Below are positions 25,340-35,616 of a DNA stretch of 64,000 nt, piece by piece. A model generated the notes under the pieces. That model was given only the letters and a program-made list of their open reading frames with translations. It searched no databases and was not told the origin of the DNA. A program made the translations under genes and the position numbers. How positions within the stretch are numbered: position 1 is the stretch's first letter; every line of letters starts with the position of its first letter. Origin of the DNA: Bacteroidales bacterium (GTDB lineage Bacteria; Bacteroidota; Bacteroidia; Bacteroidales; WRLA01); NCBI GenBank assembly GCA_009777825.1, contig WRLA01000001.1:12852-76851 (forward strand), given 5' to 3'.

Positions 25340-25650
25340 TTTATCCGTTTGCGCCTCCCTCCGGAAGGAGGGAAATTTGGATAACCCCGTGCCAGCATAG
25401 CGCAGCGCGGGGTAAATGAAGTCCCTATCCTCTGAACTCCGTAGGAGTTCAACATTCATCGCTGATAATACAGTTGAACTCCTACGGAGTTCGGTGGGAT
25501 GTGGTTGTAGTTCCCTACCCCGAGCTGCGCTATGCTTGCTCGGGGTTATCCGTGTTTGCCTCCTACGGAGGCTTCCGCTCCTCCTCGTTTCCAACGAGGA
25601 GGCAATGTCGCGCTCGTTTCCGGCGAAAGCGTTGTAATCGTTTATCATGT
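25340..25650. repeat. nested palindromic GC-hairpin element
   Basis: A perfect 20-bp inverted repeat pairs 25434-25453 with 25473-25492. An outer 36-bp inverted repeat pairs 25379-25414 with 25516-25551 (33/36 match). Flanking small hairpins include ccctccggaaggaggg, gcctcctacggaggc and ctcctcgtttccaacgaggag. Confidence 0.85.
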
Positions 25651-25685
25651 CCATCATTTAAATCATTCTAAAATCATCGTTCAGA

Positions 25686-26303
25686 CTACTCTGCGATACA
25701 ACGGATACTAACACCGAACGACTTGCCGCGGTTGCTGTTAACGGTCACGACAATGCGGTAGACGTTCAAGCTGTAAGCGTGGCTAGCGTAGTAGGCATTG
25801 CTGCTCCAATAGTACCCAACCGTGCCGACGACGTCGAGCGCGCCATTGGAGTAGCCGCGGCTGCCGGAAGCGGGGAGGAAGAGGGAATTTTTGCCGTTAC
25901 CGAAAAAATAACCTGATATGTCATTTAATTCACCCCAATAGCCACCCGCATCAACTAAACTTTGCTGTTCTCCTTTTGTTGGCACACGCCAACCACAAGG
26001 ACACGGGTCATTCTCTTTTCTCCAACTTTCCCCTGCCGCTTCGTTGGTATTCCATGTAGTCCCTCCGTCGGAATTTACAAGCGGGTCGGTGCTGTTCCAT
26101 CCGACTTTGCGATTCCATTGGTAAAACATGCCGGCGTCTTCGGGTTTTTCCGTGAAAGTGCCGGGCTTGTCCACATTGCGGGTTGCCCAACGGATTCCGT
26201 TGATTACTACGCCTTCATCGGTGGTACAGGAATTTTGCCCATATACCGCAAATGCCATGCTTGCTATACAAAGCAACAAGACGATTTTAATGATGTTTTT
26301 CAT
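25686..26303 (-). CDS. Fibrobacter succinogenes major paralogous domain (FISUMP) protein
   Basis: Start at MKNIIKIVLLLCIASMAFAVYG|Q. Diagnostic motifs are INGIRWATRNVD, FYQWNR, CPCGWRVPT, LFLPASGSR, GYYWSS and GVSIRCI. Confidence 0.8.
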   Translation of the reverse strand: MKNIIKIVLLLCIASMAFAVYGQNSCTTDEGVVINGIRWATRNVDKPGTFTEKPEDAGMFYQWNRKVGWNSTDPLVNSDGGTTWNTNEAAGESWRKENDPCPCGWRVPTKGEQQSLVDAGGYWGELNDISGYFFGNGKNSLFLPASGSRGYSNGALDVVGTVGYYWSSNAYYASHAYSLNVYRIVVTVNSNRGKSFGVSIRCIAE

Positions 26304-26329
26304 TGGTAAAGAATTTGAATTAAATGAGT

Positions 26330-26337
26330 GCAAAGGT
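26330..26337 (-). promoter_or_regulatory. -7 promoter box (TACCTTTG on minus strand)
   Basis: Lies 27 nt upstream of the FISUMP ATG at 26303. Confidence 0.5.
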
Positions 26338-26345
26338 ACGATTTT

Positions 26346-29102
26346 TTACCAATTATCTCTAAAATCTTTCTTCTTGTCATACTTGATGGCTTCCATAAGG
26401 GAACTTGCTTTGATGTTGATATGGAACGCCCAGCGTTTCAGGTCGCCGATGGGTTCCCATTCGAAACTCATTTCCCAGCAGTGCAAATCGCGGAAGAGGC
26501 GGATGCTGGTGAAGTTCCATCTTTTATTGGAGAAGTCATAGCCGGAGGATGCCGACACTTTCCATTTTGGCGTCAGGGTGATGTCGCCGCTGAAATAGGT
26601 GGTTTGGAAGTTTTTGCGGTCGTGCAGAGAGGTACGGACTGTGTCATTCGGATTGTTCGGATCCGCTTGCATCTGATATCTCATCACATGGGTATAAGTC
26701 AAGGTATAGCCGAAAGAGAGGTTCCACGGTACCGACCAGTCAATATAGTAGTCGGGCTCGTAGAGTCGGTCTAAATTGGTACCGGGATTTGTCGGAGGAG
26801 GAGGGGGGGAGGCAGATGTATTTTTCTTAAACGTGTTCGGATTGAGGCGGTAGTCGAGGTTGAAAGCCCAGTCGGCGTTATTAAACCGGAACAGGCGGCG
26901 ATTGACTTCCCACTCCGTTTTGCTGATACTTGCCGTCCCTTCTTCATTGAGCGCATAGACGTCGAAGAATCCGTTGTATGAGATTCTAAGAGATTGAAAG
27001 ACAGTTGTAGTCCCGCTTAATCTGAGCGGTGTCCAGTTGAGGGAGTCTTTGGCTACGTCGTATCCGATGTTTGCGGAGAAGATGTCAATCAGTTTTATCT
27101 TTTTCGTTCCTGTGATGGTGTCGGCTCGGTTTCGAACTTTCATTTCGAGGTTGTTGCTCAGGCTAAAGTTCACCAACCCCGACACGCCGTCGGGCGGACT
27201 TCTATACGCCGCTCCCTGATACCTGCTATAGCGCACATCCTCGCCTTCTCTGCCAAGATACGTTCTGTAATTTCCCCAAAAATCCGTTCCGAAGTCGGGA
27301 TGGTATGAAAAACTGACGGCAGGCGTCAACACATGGCGCACCGCTTTTATCGGACCGCCTTTCATCAGAAACAAGCCATACAACTTGGTGTTCAACGAAG
27401 CGCTAAGTTCGAAATCGCGGGTTGATGAAAAGCCGTTGATGGTATCTATTTTGGAATGACCGGTATAGGTTCCTTTCCCATTAATGACGGTGAACGCCGT
27501 ATCCACATAATTCCGTCGGCTGATAGTTCTGCCGTACCAGTATTCGTTGTAGCCTGCGCCGAGTTCTCCGTTAAGGACTTTCAGGATTTTTATCGGAACG
27601 GCGATGGGAATATTATGTCTCATTCCATAGTTCATCTGCTCCGGCATATTGCCTTTGAACATGGTGGAATCTGTTGCCTTTACAGTGTTAATAGCGCTCA
27701 TGGTATAACGGACATTGATGTTTTCATACCATTTGAGGGGACCCTGTTGCACTTTTTTACGGAACAGATAAACCTGGTTCATATTCAGGTTCATGCTGGG
27801 AAGTGTCAGGTCAACGTTATGTGTTTGAGTATTTTGGACATAGCCGGCGCTCACCGAATAATTGAATCGCGAAAAAGATGTTGAAAAGTTGATATTTGAA
27901 CTGTAGGTATTGGTCAGGCGGTCTTGAGTGTTGGTGGGATGGAAGTAGTTATAGTTGCTGCTTTGGATAGTAACATTGGCAGAAAAACGGTTCACCGGAT
28001 GCGCCTTGGGGTCTTGGTTGTGCATCCATTGCAAGCGGTAGTTGTTTTCATCACGGTAAGAGGGTGTTCCCGCAACGCCTTTCATGATGTGGCTGTATCC
28101 GAGATTGAGGTCGCCGGTGTATTGGTACAGTTTTTTATATCGAAACGCAGGTTCTACCGCCCACGTTCCGCGCGTGTAGATGTCGCCCACTGCTCTAAAA
28201 TCCATGTAATCGTTGATATACCAATAGTAACCGCCTTTCACAAAACCCATTCCCATCTCATTTTTAGTTTCGACGCCCGGCACGATAATGCCCGACTTTT
28301 GATTTTTCTTGTTCGGAATCAACGCAAAAGGGAGCGCCAGCGGCGTCGGAGCGTCTTCGATGACCATGTAGGCGGGTCCGACGACAATTTTATTGTCGGG
28401 GATGACTTTGGCTTTTCCAAACTTCAGTCCGAAGTGGGGATGGTCGAGGTCGCAGGTGGTGTACCATCCGTTGGCGACGCTCAAAACGTCGTTTTCGTCT
28501 TTTTTCACGATGGAGCCGTGCATGAAGCCGTCGCCTTCCTGCGTGATGATGGTATGTATCAATCCTCGTTTGGTCTCAAAATTATACTTCATCGTTACGG
28601 CTTTGTACTCCTGTCCTTTTTCCACGAGTACGGGCATTCCCGTCAGCGTTCCGGTCGAGTCGGCTACGCCGGCGGCGAATGCGGTACTCTTGGCAAAGTC
28701 CACCTCGATGTAGGCGGCTTTCAGGTTGATGGAGCCATAAGTGATTTCGGCGTTGCCGTAAAGGTACGCCTTGCGGGCTTTCATGTCCAACATGCTGGAG
28801 TCGGACGAGCGCTCGACTTTGGTCTCCAACATCTCCTTTTTCACCTTTTCGGGGGAGACAAGCAGGGTATCCGAAGGCAACAAAGGAGTCAATAAATCGG
28901 GAATGGGAATAGCCGTCACATCGTGCAGTTCCGACGAATCGGCGGCAGGCGGCAAGTCAAATTCGACGTCAATCTGCTGCGCCGAAACACGAAAAGAGCA
29001 GAAAATGGATGATAAAACGCACAACGTAACCAAAAAGCCATAGCGCACTACCGGCTTCTCAGTCAAAAACTTACCGTTGAAAACACATCGGTAAAAGTTC
29101 AT
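26346..29102 (-). CDS. lptD: LPS-assembly protein LptD-like outer-membrane protein
   Basis: About 918 aa. Signal peptide ...SIFCSFRVSA|Q. An OstA-like N-terminal segment (KAYLYGNAEITYGSINLKAAYIEVDF) is followed by a long aromatic-rich beta-barrel-type region. This size and layout are typical of Bacteroidota LptD. Confidence 0.7.
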   Translation of the reverse strand: MNFYRCVFNGKFLTEKPVVRYGFLVTLCVLSSIFCSFRVSAQQIDVEFDLPPAADSSELHDVTAIPIPDLLTPLLPSDTLLVSPEKVKKEMLETKVERSSDSSMLDMKARKAYLYGNAEITYGSINLKAAYIEVDFAKSTAFAAGVADSTGTLTGMPVLVEKGQEYKAVTMKYNFETKRGLIHTIITQEGDGFMHGSIVKKDENDVLSVANGWYTTCDLDHPHFGLKFGKAKVIPDNKIVVGPAYMVIEDAPTPLALPFALIPNKKNQKSGIIVPGVETKNEMGMGFVKGGYYWYINDYMDFRAVGDIYTRGTWAVEPAFRYKKLYQYTGDLNLGYSHIMKGVAGTPSYRDENNYRLQWMHNQDPKAHPVNRFSANVTIQSSNYNYFHPTNTQDRLTNTYSSNINFSTSFSRFNYSVSAGYVQNTQTHNVDLTLPSMNLNMNQVYLFRKKVQQGPLKWYENINVRYTMSAINTVKATDSTMFKGNMPEQMNYGMRHNIPIAVPIKILKVLNGELGAGYNEYWYGRTISRRNYVDTAFTVINGKGTYTGHSKIDTINGFSSTRDFELSASLNTKLYGLFLMKGGPIKAVRHVLTPAVSFSYHPDFGTDFWGNYRTYLGREGEDVRYSRYQGAAYRSPPDGVSGLVNFSLSNNLEMKVRNRADTITGTKKIKLIDIFSANIGYDVAKDSLNWTPLRLSGTTTVFQSLRISYNGFFDVYALNEEGTASISKTEWEVNRRLFRFNNADWAFNLDYRLNPNTFKKNTSASPPPPPTNPGTNLDRLYEPDYYIDWSVPWNLSFGYTLTYTHVMRYQMQADPNNPNDTVRTSLHDRKNFQTTYFSGDITLTPKWKVSASSGYDFSNKRWNFTSIRLFRDLHCWEMSFEWEPIGDLKRWAFHINIKASSLMEAIKYDKKKDFRDNW

Positions 29103-29181
29103 TATCAAATGTTTAACGCTTATATCCAAACAATATTATTTCCTAAAAAAACTCCCAAAACGGGTTTTTATTTTGATATGG

Positions 29182-29189
29182 CAAAGATA
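29182..29189 (-). promoter_or_regulatory. -7 promoter box (TATCTTTG on minus strand) for lptD
   Basis: Forward caaagata lies 80 nt upstream of the ATG at 29102. Confidence 0.4.
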
Positions 29190-29202
29190 GTGCAATTTTT
29201 TG

Positions 29203-29210
29203 TACATTTG
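29203..29210 (+). promoter_or_regulatory. -7 promoter box TACATTTG for dapF
   Basis: TAnnTTTG match ending 4 nt before the dapF ATG at 29215. This implies a leaderless or near-leaderless mRNA. Confidence 0.35.
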
Positions 29211-29214
29211 CAAA

Positions 29215-30000
29215 ATGAATTTCTACAAATACCACGGCACCGGAAACGATTTTATCTTGTTGAACAACAGAGACAAATCCATTACACTGAGCACATTCGA
29301 TGTTCGACAATTGTGCGACCGCAAATACGGCATCGGCGCCGACGGGCTGATACTGCTCAATCCGTCGGAACAAACTGACTTCGAGATGGTTTTCTATAAC
29401 AACGACGGCTCTACCGACACCTTCTGCGGAAACGGCGGACGCTGTATCGCCGCCTTCGCCCATCGCTTGGGAATCATGGACGAAAAAGGCTGTTTTCTGG
29501 CTTCCGACGGCGTCCATCAAGCCGAAATCATCTCGAAACACAATCATAATGAGATAGTTGTGCGCATAGGCATGAAAGATTGCGCAATGCCGCAACAATT
29601 CCACGACGACATCTTTTTCATCAACACCGGCTCCCCGCATTTAGTGATTTTCAACGACGACATCGAGGCGTTAGACGTCTCATTACTCGGCGAACAACGC
29701 AGTTACGACCCGCGCATCACGGGAAGAGCGAATGTGAACTTTGTCGAAAAACAGCCCGACCACCTCGCCGTAAGAACCTTCGAACGCGGCGTGGAAGACG
29801 AAACCCAATCCTGCGGAACAGGTATCGTCGCCTCAGCATTGACGTACGCCGCTCATTTTCTGAAAGATACCACGCAAAACGTCATAACCGTCGAATCGCG
29901 CGGCGGAACGCTCAAAGTCTATTACGCCAAAACAGACAACACCTTCCATGATGTCTATTTGGAAGGAAAAGCGACGTTTGTCTTTGAAGGGAAATTTTAG
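29215..30000 (+). CDS. dapF: diaminopimelate epimerase
   Basis: N-terminus MNFYKYHGTGNDFILL. Catalytic cysteine motifs are FCGNGGRC and SCGTG. Confidence 0.9.
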   Translation: MNFYKYHGTGNDFILLNNRDKSITLSTFDVRQLCDRKYGIGADGLILLNPSEQTDFEMVFYNNDGSTDTFCGNGGRCIAAFAHRLGIMDEKGCFLASDGVHQAEIISKHNHNEIVVRIGMKDCAMPQQFHDDIFFINTGSPHLVIFNDDIEALDVSLLGEQRSYDPRITGRANVNFVEKQPDHLAVRTFERGVEDETQSCGTGIVASALTYAAHFLKDTTQNVITVESRGGTLKVYYAKTDNTFHDVYLEGKATFVFEGKF

Positions 30001-30117
30001 CCGCTAATTTTTCTTTTTAAATTACCCTCAACAATCAGACTTTACATTATATTTGAGGCAATTATATAATAGAAAACTTGGATTATATCTGAAATGCACG
30101 TAGGTCGAGGCAAAATG

Positions 30118-30164
30118 AAAAATAGCCCTTAAAATTTAATTCTTAAATTTTAAGGGCTATTTTT
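30118..30164. terminator. bidirectional intrinsic terminator hairpin between dapF and the 16S rRNA
   Basis: A 21-bp perfect stem pairs aaaaatagcccttaaaattta with taaattttaagggctattttt, with a 5-nt loop. A/T runs lie on both sides. Confidence 0.75.
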
Positions 30165-30243
30165 ACATAAAGTATATAAAGAAAAAGAAGCCTAAGAGCG
30201 CTGATGCGTTCCTATTTTTGGTCTCTTGTAACAACATCTCCAG

Positions 30244-31771
<1,528 letters not shown>

Positions 31772-31987
31772 AAATAATTTTTTTTATGTCTTTGAAGTTG
31801 TTCGAGACCTGACTTCGTCGCTCAAATTTTACTTTGTTTCAAAGTCTATTGATTCGGTTCGCATTCTTTACGTCTGCCTCACGGCAGCGTATTCGTTCTT
31901 AGGCTTTCTTTTTGCTTCATTTCTTGTTTAGAACTTTCGTTTTCCGTCCTTTTTCCTCACTGCTCTCCTACCCGAAAAAACGGACTG

Positions 31988-31995
31988 CAAAGATA
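31988..31995 (-). promoter_or_regulatory. 16S rRNA promoter -7 box (TATCTTTG on minus strand)
   Basis: Minus strand reads ...aaaagtttgttatattgaaaaaagttgtatctttgcagtcc. A TTTG lies about 23 nt upstream of the box. The box is about 215 nt upstream of the mature 5' end. Confidence 0.55.
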
Positions 31996-32030
31996 CAACT
32001 TTTTTCAATATAACAAACTTTTTTGAAAAT

Positions 32031-32089
32031 ATTTTTTTCATCCCATTTAATTAATTGGGTTCCAATTAATTAAATGGGATGAAAAAAAT
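32031..32089. terminator. 28-bp perfect-stem hairpin (insulating terminator upstream of the rRNA promoter)
   Basis: Left arm atttttttcatcccatttaattaattgg, loop gtt, right arm ccaattaattaaatgggatgaaaaaaat. Every position was paired by hand. Confidence 0.7.
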
Positions 32090-32275
32090 GAGAGCGCGGG
32101 ACGGGGAATGCTTTTGAGGGGAAATTTGAACGAGTTGAGGATGAAAATTGGCGGGGATGAACGCGAAAGTGTGCGTTTTCTCTGTGATTTTTCCCTTTTG
32201 GGGGAATCAAAGGGGGCTTGTGATACTTTGTGGTGAAAAAATATTGTCGGATTCGCGTAATCGTTATTTTTATGA

Positions 32276-32509
32276 TTACAAAAATGGGTTAATAATAGAT
32301 AACTTTTTGTCGATCACCATTTTATGTTGCATATCTTCGGAATAGAGCGTATGGCAACCACTATCCAATGCCGCAGCAATAATAATGGCTACTTGCATAC
32401 AAACAATGGGTGAACGAACAATTAAATTTCTCGCAATGCTTTGCTTATCAGCAGCATTTTCATCGTGGCTGTATATCAGGATGTTGGTATCAAGTGCAAA
32501 TTTATTCAT
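32276..32509 (-). pseudogene. PIN-domain (VapC-like) toxin with internal in-frame deletion
   Basis: Sequence MNKFALDTNILIYSHD...IVCMQVA|IIIAAALDSGCHTLYSEDMQH...INPFL. The N- and C-terminal PIN motifs are present in only 77 aa, against about 130 aa for typical family members. Confidence 0.55.
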
Positions 32510-32717
32510 AGATATTTGCTTCTTCTCTATTAAACTTAAAACCTGACAAATCAATCAAATGATTTTTCAATTCATTGTCCAACTTTTCCCTTTTTTCGGA
32601 TAAGGTTTCCTCTCTGTTTACAGGGGTTGACTTGAATAAACCCAACGAAAGAATATACTCTAGCGTCCTTTGTGCCTGCGTGTTACGAAAATCGTATTCC
32701 AATGTTATACTTGCCAT
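32502..32717 (-). CDS. putative antitoxin of the PIN toxin pair
   Basis: 71 aa. Its stop overlaps the PIN ATG (atgaataa, 8-nt overlap). A -7 box lies 24 nt upstream. Confidence 0.5.
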   Translation of the reverse strand: MASITLEYDFRNTQAQRTLEYILSLGLFKSTPVNREETLSEKREKLDNELKNHLIDLSGFKFNREEANIYE

Positions 32718-32740
32718 AATGTGTTTTTAAAAAATAATTG

Positions 32741-32748
32741 CAAAGGTA
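32741..32748 (-). promoter_or_regulatory. -7 promoter box (TACCTTTG on minus strand)
   Basis: Forward caaaggta lies 24 nt upstream of the ATG at 32717. Confidence 0.5.
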
Positions 32749-32773
32749 CAACTTTTATTTTAATCCGCCACCC

Positions 32774-34234
32774 TCAACTTTTCCAAAACTTTGGCGTAAA
32801 GAGCGCCAGCACGGTAAAGAGTTCGAGACGTCCGAGTAGCATCAGGAGGGTGAGCATCCATTTTCCGAAGTTGGGGAGGGCGCTGAAGTCGCCGGCAGGA
32901 CCGAAAGTGCCGATGCCGGGACCGATGTTTCCGATGGTGGCAATGGCGGCGCCGACGCTGCTTTCAAAATCAAGTCCCATGAAGGAGATTACCACCACGA
33001 AGACGAAGGCGACGATGATGTAAAGCACAAAAAACGCCATCACCTTGTAGAGGGTGTCGTTTTCGATGATTTTCTTTGAGAAAGTGAGCGGCACGACGGC
33101 GTTGGGGTGTATCAGCCGTTTCAGTTCTAAGTAACTGTTTTTCACGAGCAGCGACTGTCGCACGATCTTCATCCCGCCGCTGGTAGAACCTGCCATTCCT
33201 CCGACGAACATCAAAAAGAAGAGAACCGTAATCAGATAGACGGGCCAATCCATGTAATTGGTTGTAACAAAACCTGTTGTGGAGACGATGGAGACGGCGT
33301 AAAAGAACGCCTGCCGAAAAGATTCCTCCGCCGCCGAGTGAAAATGGTACAGCAATCCGCCGGTGATAATGACCGTAGCGGCGATGATGACGCCGATGTA
33401 AACCCAAAATTCGTGGTACTCCAAAATTTTCCTGAACATTCTTTTTACAAGGAAGTAAATAATGGTAAAATTGATGCCACCGATAATCATAAAGATGCTG
33501 ATGACGTATTGCGAATAGGCGGAGAAGTCGGCGACATTCGTATTTTGTGTTGAAAATCCTCCTGTGGAAATGGTTGATAGCGAATGACATACCGCTTGGA
33601 AAAAGTTCATGTCGCCCATAGAGAGTAGCAAAATGCCGGCGAAGGTGAAGAAGAGATAGACCAACCATAGCCGTTTGGCGGTGGCTTTGATTTTGGGATG
33701 CAGTTTGTTTTTGCTGGGACCGGTAAATTCGGCGGCAAAGAGTTGAAAACCGGCGATGCCCAGCATGGGTAAGATGGCTAAGGTGAGCATGATGATTCCC
33801 ATGCCGCCCATCCATTGTGTCATGGCGCGCCAAAACAAAATTCCTTTTGGAAGGCTTTCCACATCTGTAAAAATGGAAGATCCGGTGGTGGTGAATCCCG
33901 AAATGCTTTCAAAGAAAGCGTCGGTAATGCTAACATAATCAAGGGAAAAGAGATAGGGCAACATCCCAAAAACGGAGGCGGCAACCCACGAGAGCGTAAC
34001 GATTAAAAATCCTTCCCGTCGGCTGATTTCTTCGTTGAGCCGTCGGCGGGGAACCCAGCAGAAGAACCCTGTAAAGAAAGTAACGAAAGCGCTTGCCGCC
34101 AACGCCCAAACCTCCTCTCCGTAATAGATGGAAAACGGAACTCCGCAGAGCATAAAGACCGCCTCTATCATCAGCAAGAAGCCGATAACGGTGATAATCG
34201 GACGGTAAGATATCTTTTTGTTAATGGGTGCCAT
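32774..34234 (-). CDS. trkH: TrkH family potassium uptake protein
   Basis: 486 aa and polytopic. Repeated selectivity-filter-like motifs are TTTGSS, STGGFS, TTGF and TSGGMK. Confidence 0.9.
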   Translation of the reverse strand: MAPINKKISYRPIITVIGFLLMIEAVFMLCGVPFSIYYGEEVWALAASAFVTFFTGFFCWVPRRRLNEEISRREGFLIVTLSWVAASVFGMLPYLFSLDYVSITDAFFESISGFTTTGSSIFTDVESLPKGILFWRAMTQWMGGMGIIMLTLAILPMLGIAGFQLFAAEFTGPSKNKLHPKIKATAKRLWLVYLFFTFAGILLLSMGDMNFFQAVCHSLSTISTGGFSTQNTNVADFSAYSQYVISIFMIIGGINFTIIYFLVKRMFRKILEYHEFWVYIGVIIAATVIITGGLLYHFHSAAEESFRQAFFYAVSIVSTTGFVTTNYMDWPVYLITVLFFLMFVGGMAGSTSGGMKIVRQSLLVKNSYLELKRLIHPNAVVPLTFSKKIIENDTLYKVMAFFVLYIIVAFVFVVVISFMGLDFESSVGAAIATIGNIGPGIGTFGPAGDFSALPNFGKWMLTLLMLLGRLELFTVLALFTPKFWKS

Positions 34235-34260
34235 ATACTATATTATTATATCCATTTTAC

Positions 34261-35601
34261 CTAGAATAACTTCTCCACCTTATCCACCGCATGAGGCAGT
34301 GATAAAACGACCACCGTGTCGTCTTCTAAGAAATTGGTATCTCCGATGGCGATAAACGCCTTTTCGCCGCGTATGAAACCTCCGATGATGGCTCCTTCGG
34401 GCATTTTTATCTTTTTCAGCGGGCGTTTGGTGATGGGTGCGCCTTTTTTGACGACAAACTCCAACACGTCGGCGTCAATGCCACTCAGAAAAGTTACGGA
34501 GGCGACTTCGCTGTTCATGGTGAAACGGGCTATGTAACCTGCGGTGATGAGTTTTTTGTTGATGGAGGTGTCTATTCCGATATTTTGGGCGATGTCAATA
34601 TAGTCAATGTTGTCAATGAGCGGGATGACCTTTTTGACGCCGTATTTTTTTGCCAACAGACACGAAAACATGTTGATTCCGGAGTCTTGCGTAACCGAGA
34701 TGATGGCGTCCATCTCCATGATGCCTTCGTCTTCGAGCAGTTGCACGTTGTGGGCGTCTCCGTTGATTACTAAGGTGTTTGCTAATTCTACGGCGGCTTC
34801 TTCGCAACGTTGTTTGTCAATGTCTATCAGTTTGACGTTTTTCTCATTTTGCAAGTCGCGGGCGGTTTTTCGTCCGATACGCCCTGCGCCGATGATCATC
34901 ACATTTTTAACCGTATAGCCGGATTTTCCGCTCAGTTCTAACAGCAGGTCGGTGTCGTCGGGCTTGTTGGAGAGGACGTAAGCCAGGTCGTTGGGGAGGA
35001 ACTTATCGTTGGCGGCGGGTATGATGGTTTTTCCGCGGCGGTGTATGGCGACAGCCCGAAAGTTCAGGTCGGGATACTTCTGCGCCACTTCTGCGAGCGT
35101 CATTCCCGTAACGGGCGCCTCTTTGGTGAGACGAAAGAGGAGCAGTCGCAGTTTTCCGTTTCCGAAGTCGTGGACTTCCGTTGCCGCCGACTGGTCGAGC
35201 AGCGCCACGATCTCTTCGGCGGCGATGATTTCGGGCGTTACGACCTCGTCAATGCCCAAATCTCTGAACATGGCGACGTTGCGCTCGTTCAAGTATTCGA
35301 CGCTGTTCACACGAGCAATGGTGCGCTTGGCGCCGATTTTTTTACCTAAGATGCAGGTCAGAATGTTGGTTTTCTCCTCGTGTAGAACGGAGATGAGCAG
35401 GTCGGCTTTCGACACATTCGCGTTTTTTAATACGGAGAGCGAGGTGGAATCGCCCGTTATAGCGAGCAAGTCTGCTTCCGATTCCAACATCTTCAGAAGA
35501 TCCTCGTTAGGGTCAACAACGGTGATGCTGTGGTTGTTTTTCGTCAACAACTTCGCCAAAAAAAATCCTACTTCGCCGTCTCCGGCAATGACTATATTCA
35601 T
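34261..35601 (-). CDS. trkA: Trk system potassium uptake protein TrkA
   Basis: 446 aa. Two Rossmann-type RCK/TrkA-N halves are present (MNIVIAGDGEVGFFLAKLL and VMIIGAGRIGRKTARDL). Confidence 0.9.
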   Translation of the reverse strand: MNIVIAGDGEVGFFLAKLLTKNNHSITVVDPNEDLLKMLESEADLLAITGDSTSLSVLKNANVSKADLLISVLHEEKTNILTCILGKKIGAKRTIARVNSVEYLNERNVAMFRDLGIDEVVTPEIIAAEEIVALLDQSAATEVHDFGNGKLRLLLFRLTKEAPVTGMTLAEVAQKYPDLNFRAVAIHRRGKTIIPAANDKFLPNDLAYVLSNKPDDTDLLLELSGKSGYTVKNVMIIGAGRIGRKTARDLQNEKNVKLIDIDKQRCEEAAVELANTLVINGDAHNVQLLEDEGIMEMDAIISVTQDSGINMFSCLLAKKYGVKKVIPLIDNIDYIDIAQNIGIDTSINKKLITAGYIARFTMNSEVASVTFLSGIDADVLEFVVKKGAPITKRPLKKIKMPEGAIIGGFIRGEKAFIAIGDTNFLEDDTVVVLSLPHAVDKVEKLF

Positions 35602-35616
35602 GTTTTTACCTGATTT

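Noticed and set aside
25331-25657. The 109-codon N-terminal extension of the M28/glutaminyl cyclase ORF (ORF-track start at 25657).
   Set aside because: It is encoded by the palindromic repeat element. A canonical lipoprotein signal peptide begins at the internal ATG at 25330.
27924-28895. A 323-aa plus-strand ORF.
   Set aside because: It is antisense to the LptD-like gene, with biased composition and no motifs.
32970-33833. A 287-aa minus-strand ORF rich in Arg and His.
   Set aside because: It is an alternative frame inside trkH, whose own frame gives a clear polytopic membrane protein.
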